Part shown: piece by piece, positions 1 to 17,091 of the stretch | Numbering within the stretch: the stretch's first letter is position 1 | How the letters are laid out: every line of letters starts with the position of its first letter | Assembly: GCA_949358305.1 (NCBI GenBank) | Contig: OX442314.1 | Location: forward strand, 12,152,001-12,216,000 | Direction: 5' to 3' | Source of the DNA: Strigamia acuminata | Lineage: Eukaryota | DNA length: 64,000 nt | Translations under genes and position numbers: made by a program | The notes under the pieces: generated by a model | What the model was told of the DNA's origin: nothing | Seen by the model: only the letters and a program-made list of their open reading frames with translations | Database searches by the model: none

Positions 1-203
1 GTTTTTAATGTTTTTGATCTTTTTCTTGTTTATTTTACGATTTTTTAAATATTTTTGTACGTTTTTTTACGTTTTTTTTAACGATTTTTTGGTGTTTTTT
101 TTACGAGTTATTGATGTTTTACGTTTTTTTATATACTTTTAAAAATGATTTTATAACTTTTTTACGCTTTATTTCATTTAAAAATTAATTAATTCGTTTT
201 TAG

Positions 204-711
204 TGCCTCCAATGTTAATAACAGAAGGAACCCAAACTCTGCCAAGACTTCCAAACGCTCGAAAAGAACTCCAAGTGACAGAACCAGTATCCAAATCGAC
301 GTGTATCCCAAAATTTTTGCCTTACGGATGGGCTAGCAAACGCGACATATCGGACAAGAAAACATTCAACGTTTTTGCACCGACCCGACATGTAATAAAT
401 CGTTATTTATTCCAAGTAAACACGTGATTTTTCTTGCAACTATTCCACAGTTGAATCAGTTCTATCCATCGGCAATTCGGGCGTGGAAGAAAAAAGACGA
501 CGACTTGACGAGATGCATCGATCAAGATTTTCGCTGTCCGCAGAAACAAGTTTATCGAACACCTGAAAATGTGATCACGTATCCCGGAAGTGTCTGGATG
601 ACTGAATATCAAAAACAGTACTCAACGAGGAAACCATTGACAAGACCTGCTACAGCACCACCTGCTAATCTCAGCCAATTAGGAGGCATTTACCATAAAT
701 GTTGTTTTTAA
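204..711 (+). CDS. CCSAP: Centriole, cilia and spindle-associated protein, last two exons (5' part lies outside the window)
   Basis: Exons 204-391 and 451-711 join to give FLPYGW...KKTFNV.AP...YPSAIRA...WMTEYQKQYS. This resembles the recalled vertebrate CCSAP C-terminal motifs (FALYGW, KTHNV, ESALRA, PWMTEY..CYS). Confidence 0.7.
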
Positions 712-1826
712 TTCGTTTTTTAAAGGGTTAACACCTGGTGACAAATATTGTAAACATTATTACTGTTGAAATCTTGTTTTATTGTAATAATTCGCCGTTG
801 TGGATTGTAATTTTGTGGATTTTTATGATTGATTATGTGTTTTGATTATCTTAGGGTAATTTGTGTCGTTTCTTACAGATTGAAAAGGCTTTTATTGCAT
901 TTATACACGTGATTTTTAGACGGCTTTACATGTGGAGCTAAAGATGTTTGGTGTTTGTACATATTTATATATACAATTGTTATTCATTTAAAATGAACTT
1001 GTTATAATAGAAAAACACGCAACTAACTGCCCAAGTTGAACTGAAATGACACGATACACGATTTATATATTTTTTTTTAAGTTCTGAACAATTTTGCCGT
1101 TTATTTTCCTTTTCTTTCTCTTATTAGTAATAATAACAATCATTTCTGAGTGTACAGATTTTTAATACAATTAAAATATGATGAATAATGCAAAATAATC
1201 GTTATTTAAGCGTTTAAAATGTTACAAATATTAAAAATTATTAAAATAACGGGAGATTCATGAAACGATTCAATGAAATTAAGCTAAAATTAATGTTTTA
1301 CTTCTACTATAAACCATAAAAATAATAAAAAACGAAGAAGAAACTCGAAACAAATCACCACGGAATAAATATTTGACCACTTTCCAGAAAAAACAGAAAT
1401 AAATATTTATAAAATTCACTTCTCCCGATTCCCTAACACATATCCTTGAATTTATATTTATTTAATTTATCATTATACTTTGATGACAGGATAAATGATA
1501 AATTGCTTAGAAATACTAATACTACAAGTGTTAAAATTATTATTCTATGGTTCACAATATTTTTTCTCTATTTGCCATAAATTAAACATTTTGGTCCACG
1601 AGATCTATAACAAGATTGTTGCAGAAAAAAATATATCAACAAAGTATTATTTTTGAATACTTAACAACACGAGTGATGTCACTTAGCGATTATCAACCAT
1701 CAGTAAGTTATTAAATTGATGATAAATGAATAATTTTGTAATTTACTCGTATTTCTATTTGTTAAACACGAGGTACAAATGGGGGAGACAAAAAAATAAG
1801 TTAAAAAAAAACAAAAAACAACACAA

Positions 1827-3775
<1,949 letters not shown>

Positions 3776-4109
3776 TCCAGAGGTTTTATTTTTTAATATG
3801 AATCAACACGATTATTTCACCCCTCTATACACATGTAATGACGTCATGCAAGTCAATTACGGAGATTGGTAAATAGAAAAGGCGAAATCTAAATAAAAGT
3901 TTAAATGTTGTTAACAACATTTAGACGAGTTTAATTAATGAATTTCAGTGGTTTATCAACTTGGTGATTTACACAATTGTCTATTTTGTTTAAGAAAAAA
4001 GAGTACTCGGTTGGTGGAAATAATAATTACGTTTTTAATCGGGTTTTAGTAGAACCAAAATGTCCACCTCCGGTTTGTAAATAGCAGCGACTCAAGAAAA
4101 GCTCTTGAA

Positions 4110-5351
4110 ATGAATTCAATATTGAGACCTTTATTGATTACATCCCGCAATAAACTCGTACAATGCAGTATAAGAACTATAAAAGCTAACAAATTACCAG
4201 ATAAGCTATCACAACATGTAATTGAAAGACCACCGAGACAATCATTTAAGTGGACGGTAAGTAACCACCACGATGAAAACAAAATGAGTTTAATTAATTT
4301 AAATTTCTTTCTTCCAGGACGAACAAAAGTTTCCATACGAACTCATTAATCCGTATAAACAAGCAGAGCCAGAACCAGAACCGCGACAATACGATGAATC
4401 GACGACAGAATGGCATTACGTAGAACGACTTTTACCCAAATTACTCGTTCCAGAACCAAAAGTCAAAGGAAAAACACCTAGTGGATGGCAGCCACAATCT
4501 GGTAAATGCATAAATAAATAAATAAAATTAATGTCTATTGTATAAATGTATAAAAATTGCAGATGAGTTGCCAAAACTTCCGTATTACGTGAAGAGAACG
4601 AGGAATCTCATGTATCCTGTATATTTGGAAATAAAAAATGCAGGAACGAGGAAATTTACCTGCCTGAAACGCGTCGAAGGTGATATTTGGGTCAGTATTA
4701 TTCATATATTTAAAAAAAAAAAATCAAACTGTAATTTTTCGATTTACTACTGAATCTTTCAATTTTTTCTTGAATTTTTCAATTTTCTGCTAAATTTTTA
4801 AATTTTGAGCTGAATTTTTAAATTTTGAGCTGAATTTTTTAATTTTTAGCTGAATTTTTCAATTTTTAGCTGGATTTTGTAATTTTTGGTTGAATTTTCA
4901 ATTTTTTTGCTGAATTTTATAATTTTATCTGAGAATTTTTCATTTTTTCGCTGGATTTTTCAATTTTTGCTGATTTTTTTCAATTTTTAGCTGAATTTTT
5001 CAATTTTTTGTTGATTTTTTCAATTTTTAGCTGAATTTTTCAATTATTTCTTCAATTTTTCAATTATTTCTTCAATTTTTCAATTATTTCTTCAATTTTT
5101 CAATTATTTCTTCAATTTTTCAATTTTTCTTCAATTTTTCAATTTTTCTTCAATTTTTCAATTTTCATTTTAATTTTTTAATTTTTTTACTCTATCCCTT
5201 TCAGACTTTAGAAAAAGACTTGAAATCTTACCTAGAAACGAAGCACAGTATACCCATCGTAACACAAGTGCACGAGCCCATCGGTTTGGTCAGGTTTAAA
5301 GGAGATTTTTGCAAAGATGTGAAAGAATGGCTTGAAAACACCGGATTTTAA
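4110..5351 (+). CDS. mRpL49: Mitochondrial ribosomal protein L49, 4 exons
   Basis: [35 protein letters not shown]...[14 protein letters not shown]...WLENTGF*; basic N-terminus resembling a mitochondrial presequence; head-to-head with Rab4. Confidence 0.92.
4760..5185. repeat. Degenerate 20-21 bp AT-rich minisatellite in the last intron of mRpL49
   Basis: Units gctgaatttttcaatttttt and caattatttcttcaattttt repeated in tandem. Confidence 0.85.
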
Positions 5352-5450
5352 GTTACGTGTTGAGTTACTTTAGTTTTTACGTATCAAAAACATGAAATAC
5401 TTGGTGCAAATTGCGAAAAATTACAAAATAGAATTAAAAAAAACACAATT

Positions 5451-5786
5451 TTACAATGTCGATGTGCTGATTTCTCTCAAACTCGGCGATATCGATTCAA
5501 ATCCGTACAAACTCGTGTTGCGTGAGTCCGGATTCTCAGGCGGGAGTTTACTTTGCACTTTTCTTAACACCACCCATGAAAACACGTACAAAAGTGAATT
5601 GTTTGCGGTCAACGCAAGACCGGAACTGATGACGGCCACGATTAAAAGATGAATTTTGGGCGTGTTACCGTCGAATATGTCCATCGTAATAAACGTCCCG
5701 AGTCCTAACAACACCAAAATGGCGCCCAGAATTATTCCACACGTTATAAACAGTCCGGGATTGTAAATCAATTCGGTCGACGCCAT
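5451..5786 (-). CDS. Putative small two-transmembrane protein of unknown family
   Basis: GC-richer open frame MASTELIYNPGLFITCGIILGAILVLLGLGTFI...HLLIVAVISSGLAL...YVFSWVVLRK...STSTL*, with two hydrophobic segments; no homolog recognised. Confidence 0.55.
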   Translation of the reverse strand: MASTELIYNPGLFITCGIILGAILVLLGLGTFITMDIFDGNTPKIHLLIVAVISSGLALTANNSLLYVFSWVVLRKVQSKLPPENPDSRNTSLYGFESISPSLREISTSTL

Positions 5787-6142
5787 TGAATAACACAAAC
5801 CTCCATAAAAGTCAACAGTGTATCGTATTGTTTCATTCCCAACAATAATCGGAAAAAAAAATTAAAAAAAAATTTAAAATTAAAAAAAAAAAAAATTCGT
5901 GGAACATTTCTAGGATTTTATTTTTTATTATTTTATTATCATTTTACCTAACGACACAAATATCGAGGTCCGGTATTAAAAATAATCACGTTCTCAGACG
6001 TGTACAAATCCTAGATATTTGTCAATTTGTAAATATATTTTATTTACACAGGCAAAAAAAGTGTAATTTTTCACATTTTAAATTGAAATTGAGAAATTAC
6101 AAAATCCTACTCTTATTTTTTATTAATTTTTGAACAAAGACG

Positions 6143-6508
6143 TTACAATTTGATGGACTCGCGTGATATTGTATAAATCGGGCTCTCCACGGCCAATTCG
6201 GTCAACGAAGGTCTCGGAATCGGTTTTGGTTTGCTGCAGTCACATTTGGCCGCAGCGAGACCGATAATAGCGACGAGAAAACACAGAATTGAAAGAGCGG
6301 ACAAAACGATGGATAAATATGCGGTAGGAATGTGCCTAGCTTCGGCCAGAGATGTGTAATCGTCTCTTATTTCGTGGGTCCAAGCCAAATACGCCATCGT
6401 TCCACCAGTGGCACCCAAAGCCACTCCGAAAACCACGCCGAAAAGCACGAAATACATGTTGTCCATTGGCCGCTTCTCCTTGTCCGAAACGTCGTATCGG
6501 GAATTCAT
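6143..6508 (-). CDS. Putative small two-transmembrane protein of unknown family
   Basis: MNSRYDV...YFVLFGVVFGVALGATGGTMAYLAW...AYLSIVLSALSILCFLVAIIGLAAAK...SRESIKL*; an acceptor (ttgcag) lies just upstream of the ATG. Confidence 0.6.
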   Translation of the reverse strand: MNSRYDVSDKEKRPMDNMYFVLFGVVFGVALGATGGTMAYLAWTHEIRDDYTSLAEARHIPTAYLSIVLSALSILCFLVAIIGLAAAKCDCSKPKPIPRPSLTELAVESPIYTISRESIKL

Positions 6509-7843
6509 CGTGCGAACAAAATCTGCAATCAAATAAAACGCTCAAATTCAAATATTTGCCGCTCGAATTTAATTAAAAACACACTGAAACGAGATAATTT
6601 AACGCGATTGATCATAATTAATAAATCTAAAGGAATTTTGAAACATAGTTACTAAATCTTGTTATCGGTCATTGCTCAAGGAGATAAATGACAGTGTTTC
6701 AGAAGTGGGTCTTCGGAGTGTCGGGGAATGAGTAAATGACGGATTTTTCTCCTAAAATGTCCTCAAACGACCTAATTTTTTAATGTACGTTCGTCAGTGT
6801 GTCAATAAATCTTATTTTCAAAGACTCAAAACACAATGTTGGTTTTATTTTCTTGTTTTTGTCTTTTTTAATGGGTAAAACCAGTAAACTTGACTCAACA
6901 CAGGAGCAACTATAAAGCGAGACCTGTCAATATTGATCTGGTTTGTAATGGAAACTGTTTCTGGCTGCTATCCACAGTTTTTCTTATCTTTTTACGTGTT
7001 TTATGCGGAAAATGCGCCGATTTTCGTTGTTAAAATGGACAATAAAATAAATAAACAACTCTGAAAGAGGATTTTTATATAGTCGCAATTATTATGATAT
7101 TAAAATTTATTATAGTTGGACGTGAGTCATGACAATTGACAAATGTGAAACGTTAGTGAAGGAATTCGTTTCGGAAGCGAGAAATTAATTTGAAAAAATT
7201 GAGAGAAATTGAGGTAAATGTCGGTTTTTATTTTTTATTTGACTTACCAAGTTGTGCAATGTGATGTATCTATCCAACTTTTCGACTAGAATTTGTCAAG
7301 TGACCCTACTCTTATGGCAAAATGATTTTATGATTAACAAGTGTTACTACAGGTGACTTAAGACTTGATCCTCCTCCGCCACCTGCAACAAGGATGGGAT
7401 AGAGCAGGGTCGAGGTTCCAGTCGTAAATGACTTTACTGTTGTAAGCATTTGTTAAAATTCTTTTTACTAACAAGTAAGTTTGATTTTATATAATGCGTT
7501 TTTATAATCACAGGTGACAGGGTGAAATGTTGATTTTAAATATTTATCCATTTGATAGTTTGTGTTGGTTGTTATTTTTAGAGATGATCCTTTTATGATT
7601 AGTAATTAAGCGATTAATTTCGTTCGTCAGCAGTTAATTTTTAATTGAAAAAAAAAGAAATTAAAAGATATGTTAAGTAGAAATCAAAAGTCAAGGATTG
7701 TGGTGCGGTTTTTACTCGACAGATGGCGATTAGCGCGGGTAAAGTTTGACCCAAAATGTTTCTTCAGATTAATTAGCATTTTTGCTCCGTTTGTGAAACA
7801 TTATACTTTCTTTTTCGCTCGAGGTTTTCAACAGGACTTTGCT

Positions 7844-10115
<2,272 letters not shown>

Positions 10116-10583
10116 TTTCCTCTGATTTTTTTGTTTTTGTTTGGAATGTCGATTGTAAAAAAAATTAGGACCACGGAAAACCACTATTTTTTGTACTAAG
10201 ATTTGTTTGTATATTACTAGAATGAATAAATAAACGTTGGTGTTATGAAAAATTGTTATCTGGAGTTGACTAAACGAAAAATCTGAATGTATTTTCATTG
10301 TTTCGTCGATAGAACAATGGTAATACAACTTAAACAATTATTCTGCTCATTTATCCAGATTTATTTCATTTTATTCCATTTTTATTAAAAGATGGCCTTT
10401 CTAGAGCTCCGTACTTAAAGTTATAGTACAACAAATATCCGCTCGGAGCACTGCGGTTCGAGTCTGCGTGTTTACTTCGTCCTTTCGTCGTTCGACCTAA
10501 AAGGTTTACCGATTTCACCTATTATTTTGCAAAAACATTAATTTTATCTATTAAATTCCAGACAACGAACTTCTAGACCAACC

Positions 10584-11193
10584 ATGTTTTACAAGTTCAG
10601 CGCCATGGCGAATCGCTTGATCGCCACCAACATAATGCAAGCTTACCACCCGCAGGTACACAAAAATACACCACGGGAAGTGGAAACGGAACAATTTCAT
10701 AAAACTATTTACAATTTCTAATTTTAGGGCTTAATGCCTTTGAGTAAGGTGAATATTATTCCAATTCAAATGACATACAAGCCCATCCATATTACTCAAG
10801 TCGAGGGAATTCCCCAACCGACAGAACGACTTCCGCTCGGACCCACTGTAGCCGAAAGAGAAATTTCAACTTCCGGTCCGATGTCTCAACAAATGCCGAA
10901 ATTTCCTCGACTCGCTCCAGATGGCAATCCGTACGGCCCGAAAAGCCCCGCATTAATCGCGAAGCAACAGCATTTTCAAGTAATTTTGATAAATTGGATG
11001 AAAATCGACAATCTGGGCCCGATTTAATCAAAATTTTGTATTTTAGAAGAACGATGGTCTCCCTATTCACTTGAAAGGTGGACAAATGGATTACGTTCTG
11101 TATTACGGCGTCATGGGCGGTTGTACTTTGTCAGTTATGTACTGTTTCTACTTGTTCTACACCATGTCGTTCCCAAAGAAACCGGAAGACTAA
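10584..11193 (+). CDS. COX7A2L: Cytochrome c oxidase subunit 7A-related protein (COX7A2L/SCAF1-like), 3 exons
   Basis: N-terminus MFYKFSAMANRL...AYHPQGLMP resembles recalled mammalian MYYKFSGFTQKL...AYSPQGLKP; C-terminal COX7A domain QQHFQKNDGLPIHLKGG..DYVLY plus TM helix. Confidence 0.85.
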
Positions 11194-11492
11194 AAAAAAT
11201 GGAATTTCTTTGCTTAAAACATTGAATTTTCAGGATTGAATTATATTTAGTGTAAAGATAAAACGAAAAATAGATTCAGTTTCTGTATTTATCGCAAATA
11301 AAATGTTTAAAACGTGAATAAAAGAAAATAAAAGTGTGTTTTATTGAATATTTCGCTTTTTTCACTATAGATGTCACTGGTAAATGACGTTAGTTCCGGT
11401 TTTGTTTTAATGTAGCAGTCGAAAGTGTAACACCACTTGTCCGCTATCGATTTTTCACCTGAAGGCTCCAAGCAAGGCGAAAAATTTCCAGC

Positions 11493-13228
11493 ATGCCGTG
11501 TACAAGTTGTGGTACCGAATTTGGAATTTTTAGGAAAGAGGTAAATAATCCCCGATGTTAAATTAATAGATAAAAAGAATAAAAACGTGGCTATTTCGCT
11601 ATTTTATTCGTATTTTAGCACGGATGTAAGAATTGTGGTTTCTCGTATTGTGGCAACTGTTTAGTACATAAAGCACTCATTCCCAAATTAGATCAAAAAA
11701 AGCACAGCGTGTGCGCAACTTGCTTCGAATTGTTATCAGGGTAGGACGAAATTGTCATTGACAAATGTAGAAATGATAAAAATTAATCGATTAATTAATT
11801 AAATTCGATTTTAATCCAGAAAGAAGACGGGCGAAGCACACGGCAACATTTCACCTCCAGCAGCATTGCAGCGGTTAGTATTAGCTCAGCATTGTTATTA
11901 ATGACGAATGTGACGATGGAATGACATTCTAAATAGGCGAATCGATGCTGCCAACGAGAGACAGAAAAGTACCAACTCCGAGGATCAGATTTTAAAAATG
12001 CGATTAGATCGATTACGTGAAGAGAGAAGAGGTCAAGTACCGAGCGATAAAGAACTGGAAGAGCGATTAGCGAGATTGAAGGATATTCCAACGGCGTCGC
12101 CTTCTCAACCGGTATAATATCGATATAATGTGATGGAACGTTCGATGTTTATTGGTTTTTTATTTTTTTTTCGTTTAGCCAACGTATATTTCGCGCGATA
12201 ATCGCAGTACGGCCGAACAGACTTCGTCGCTTCTTCAACAAATGACGGACGAAGCGAGATTGGATGCTGAGAGACCGAAACCCGAAGATGACATTACACG
12301 ACGGTTTAATCAACTTAAAAGTGATAACGGCATATGGAATGATCTGAATAATGTAAATTGGGATTTGTGATTGTGATTTTTAATTTTATTTTTGTTTTTT
12401 TTTTGTATAAAAAATGTTTTTTGAATTGCAGCCGGGTCAGATTAGGACGACGGAAGCAAAAACGAGTAATGTTCCTTCTGAAATGAATAATTTCATGCAA
12501 AATTTCCCGATGAATATTGGCGAGAATTCAAATGAGAACGTGGAGGATTTCAACGAGGTTCATAAGTTAATGGAAGCGACGAGAAGAGTGGCTGAAGCGG
12601 ATGCCGAAAAGGCGATTCGGGGGATCGAAGCGGAGAAACGGAAAATGAACGAATTGAAGGCGAATCGCAATAGGAGCAGCAAAACTCTTGTGTGTAATGA
12701 GGATTCATCCGATGATGATGAAGATGAAAATAAACTTGCGGATAAAGTGATCGAAAAGGTCGATTTATTTTTATTTTATCATAAAAAATAAAAATATTTT
12801 AGACTAAAATTTTAATTTTATTTGTAGCTTTTGGCGGAAAATGCTTTAGATGAACGTACGAGTGATTTCAAGTACAAAAGTGAGAAAAAAGAAATTAATA
12901 CTCCAAGTTCGGATATTTCTTCGGTAAATAATTCGATTTTTAGATTGAAAAGTTGATGAGAAGTAATTAATTTTGTGTTATTTTCGGTAATTTAAAGGAA
13001 TCTGAAGAACTTCCGTGGTGTAACATATGCAATGAAGATGCAACTCTTCGTTGCAACGGATGTGATGGGGAATTATATTGCCATCGTTGTTTCAAGTTAG
13101 TTAAAAATGATTAAAATTAAAGTATAAATACTAATTTATTTTCTTTAATTTTCAGAGAATGTCATAATTCGTTTGACTTGAGAACACATACGACAATCAA
13201 TTACACTCCCCCGAAAAGAACTCCTTAA
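11493..13228 (+). CDS. ZFYVE19: Abscission/NoCut checkpoint regulator (FYVE and B-box-like zinc fingers)
   Basis: [44 protein letters not shown]-like segment, C-terminal [33 protein letters not shown]. Confidence 0.93.
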
Positions 13229-13479
13229 ATTTTTGATAATTTTTGGTATTTTTTTAAGAGTTTATTATACATATACAACGTGTATATCAAATCCGTAGTC
13301 AGGTATTTATAACAAAAAGAAGACAAAAAAATCATCAATAATTTTTCCCTTGTAAGGAAATTATGTAAAATTAATTTTACAGGATCAGTTTATTTTTTTT
13401 TCTATGTTATATATCCGTACTGTATACAGGCATACAACTGATTCTGAAGTAATATGCATGAAACGAAATTTGTCACAAG

Positions 13480-14290
13480 TTATGTCGAACGAACTTGAAT
13501 TTGGAATTTACCTAGAACATAATAAAATGTTTTATTTACAAAATAAATTCGATTTTTTTTCTTTAAATATTTATTTACATGCTGGTAATGAGCTTGTTTC
13601 TGCTGTAACAACCGCCATGATACCCAAATTGGTCAGAGCGCCGCGTATCATTCCACACATGAATGCAACAAACTAAAACACGATTTGTGTTAATTCAAAA
13701 AATGTTTTTTGAAAAATGATGAATTATACTTTGGGTGCTAGTTCCAGGTATTGTCGCCCAGATGACAATTGTGACAAAAATCTAAAATTGTTGTCTTGCA
13801 GTACATACATTCCCTAAAACATTTTTTTAAGTAAAGATAATTAATTTAATTGTTTTCATCGGGGGGGAAAAAATTACTTCGTAATTGGTTAACAAGCTGT
13901 CGATTTGTTTCTTGCAAATTGCCATCCAATAATCTTTACAAATAAATTTCACGATGTCTAATTCTTCTTTAAATCTTGGTAAATCTCGTGTCAACCTGGA
14001 GATGAATTATAAATGTAATTCAAAATTGATTTATTGATATAAATTAATTATATAAATCATAATTACCTTTCAACAAATCGAAACCCAGTTGTGAAACCAA
14101 TATATTCCAGTTTCGATATTCCATAATCCTATTGCAACAACAAAAAAAATTAAAAATCTCAAATATAAATGAAAGTTTCATTAAATATTTAAAAAATAGA
14201 CAATACCACTCGCTCATCTTTCTTAGTTGACTGAATTGAATAGGCAACAATTTCCATGTGAAAAAAATCTAGTAGTACATCATCCGCCAT
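13480..14290 (-). CDS. TRAPPC6B: Trafficking protein particle complex subunit 6
   Basis: MADDVLLDFFHMEIV, KLEYIGFTTGFRFVERLTRD.PRFKEELDIVKFICKD, GMYVLQDNNFRFL, FMCGMIRGALTNLG, PACKFQIQV. Confidence 0.93.
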
Positions 14291-14687
14291 CTTTACACAA
14301 ACCCCAATAACTCCGCAGAAATAATTTTTAAAACAAAAACAATCTAAACCAAAAAGTAGACCAAAAATTAAAAAAAAAAAACAAATAGAAAAACTCCAAC
14401 ATTAAAACTACAACTTACAAAATTTTATCTCGCCCGCCTTAAAATTTTTAAAACCAAACTAATCTGCGGCCCTATAACTTGAATTCATTCTAATGCGATC
14501 TTTTGTGAAAAGGCGGGTTCGCACTCTCTAACCACGCACGGCACGCACTTCGTACTTGAAACGTTACTAAGCTACACACTTATAAGCAAGCATTTTGTAT
14601 AAAAAAATTCATATCAAACGTTCAACGACACCGAGACCGAGTGATAGACTAAAACGCCGACGCCGAAATCCACGCACATTGGTTAAA

Positions 14688-16524
14688 ATGGCTGTCGCAG
14701 TAGTAATGAAACAAAATCTAGAAGAACAACTCGAACAGGCAAAAGAATGCCTCAAAGACCTTGACGCCAACATCAAGAAACTGACAGGGCGCGATCCGAA
14801 CGAACTGAGGTACCCGATCGCCATCGCCATTTAAAAATTGATCGCAAATTTAATATTTCTTCGTCAATTTCAGACCCGGAATGAGAAGAGGCCCTATGGC
14901 CGCTGGAGGAGGTGGTGGTGGAGGAGGAGGTCTTGGGGGTCTTGAAGCGAGGGGTAGAGACCGCATAATTCTCATGGGAAAGTACGTATTGAAGAGAAAT
15001 TATTTTTTTTTTGCTATTTACTTCAATTTAATTATTTTTTCTTATAATTAATCAGCCGCCGCGAAGCCGGGGGAATGATGGACGGGCCACCTGCAAAAAG
15101 GCGTGCACTTGGAGGACCTTTCAACCGGTAAAAATAAAATTTGTAATTGATTTTTAGATTGTTTTTGATGGTTTATTTTATTGTTTTTTTACAGCCTTGG
15201 CCCACGCACCGGCCCCCGTATCAATCGAGGAGCAGATAGTGGAGATGACGATGATTTACCTCATAAAGTATAGAATTTGGTTGATTGTGGAGAAGTTTGG
15301 TGATTTATTGATGATTTTGATTTTTTTTTGTTTAGCCCACTGTCCAATCCTCAATTGTTGCTACCCCTAAAGAAATGAAGAGTAGAAAAGATTGTTTAGA
15401 GGAACAGAAATCGGATTCGAGAGGCTTAGCGAGGTTTGTTGTGTTTTTGAATTTGTTTGGAAGTTATTTGGAATTTATTTTGGTTAATATTTGGTGTAGA
15501 AACCGACGTATGTTTGGCCTGCTGTTGGGAACTCTTCAGAAATTTAAGGATGAAGAGACTATTAAAAAAGAAAAAGTATTATTATTACTGTTAGAAAATT
15601 AATTAATCTTATTTAAATTGTTTTGGTTTTTCTAGGAAACAAAGCGGATTGAAATCGAAAAGAAACTAGAAGCTGCAGCTGAAAAGGAGAAGGAAGAACT
15701 GAAACGAGAAAGACAAGAGTTGTTTGTCGAACGTCGCAAGCGACAAGCAAACTTGCGCAGACTCGAACACAAAATGGAAGTAGTTAAACAGGTAATAAAT
15801 AATATATAAAAAAAGGGGTTAAAATGAATTTTATTGACTTAAATTTTTCAGCACGACGAATGGGAAGTGCATCAGAAAAATCTTCTTTTCTTCATCCAGA
15901 CCAAAACAAAACCGTCTATTTTTTATTTACCCGCAAAACACACGCTTGTCACCGAAGAAAGACTTAAAGATTCACGGAAACGTGTAGGAGGTGAGTCGAT
16001 TAAACCGTTTAAAACGATTTTTGTTGACACTTGTCGTTATTTCAGCTCTTATTACCGAACGTCGCGCTCAAATGGAAGAAGAAATCCAAGCGATGGACCA
16101 GAACCGAATGCCCGCGTCAGAACAGCAGGCGGACAATGCCGAGGAAGCGGAAATAGAAATGGAAGAAGAGCCGGTTTTAAAAGACGAAGAAGAAAACGAT
16201 GTGATAATTGGTGAAACGGAAATTAAGGAAGACGATGAGCGACCTGTCGGTGTTGTACCTGAATCAGGTAATGATTTGGCAGCGGTTGACCTAAACCAGA
16301 CCTTGGAGGAAGGTGAAGTGGCAACTAAAGACGAAGAAACGAACGAGAAGAAAAATGGTGATGTAGAAATGGTGGTGTTAAAAGAAGAGGAGGTGGAGAC
16401 GAAAACTGAGCCGCAGATTGAAAAACAAACGGTCGAATCCGAGATGAAAACGGAGGAGCCGGAAATTTTTACCAAAGATCAAAGTTTGTTGACGGAAAAG
16501 GAATTCGAACCAATTTACGATTAA
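14688..16524 (+). CDS. PNN: Pinin
   Basis: MAVAV..LEEQLEQAKECLKDLDANIKKLTGRDP, RNRRMFGLLLGTLQKF, FIQTKTKPSIFYLP, acidic C-terminus. Confidence 0.95.
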
Positions 16525-17091
16525 ATTTGGTTAAATTATATTGAATTTTTAAAGAATTAAAAGAGAAAAAGAAATGTATCCATCAGTCGTCGTGTTTAAT
16601 GGACATTTTTATTATTATTTGTAATAATTTTGTTTCTGTTAGCGTCGCATATTTAATAATACTTTGTTTTCAGGAAGGTGAGTTTTATTAATTATGTTGC
16701 GTTTGTTTGTATGTTTTGCACACGTGAAGTGACTAGTCGTGGTAAGTATTACGGCGACTGATGGGTACGATGATTCAAAATGGTCGATTATTTGATGTTA
16801 TTTGAATTAAACGTGAATTTTTCATTCCAAAATTTTGAATTTTTGTTAAAAATTGCTGGCGCAATTAAAAATAAAAATGTAAAACGCACGATAGCCAATA
16901 AAAACTCGTTTTATTAAGCATTTTTTTTTCTTTTGGTTTATCTTTTCAAAAAAATTATAAGAAAACCCTACACATGAAGCAATATACAAAAGAACTAGTT
17001 TACACTATCGGTATAGAAATAAGACGAATCTCAGGTCAAAAGAACTCTGTATGAAATCGATATAAAAAGAGAGAAGATTATTTTGTTATTT

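Noticed and set aside
13878..13997. TRAPPC6 motif variant IDSLLTNYE instead of the usual IDNLRTNHQ
   Set aside because: The gene is otherwise intact; without an alignment this cannot be told from ordinary divergence.
16068..16475. Ser-rich minus-strand ORF
   Set aside because: Antisense shadow of the Glu-rich Pinin last exon.
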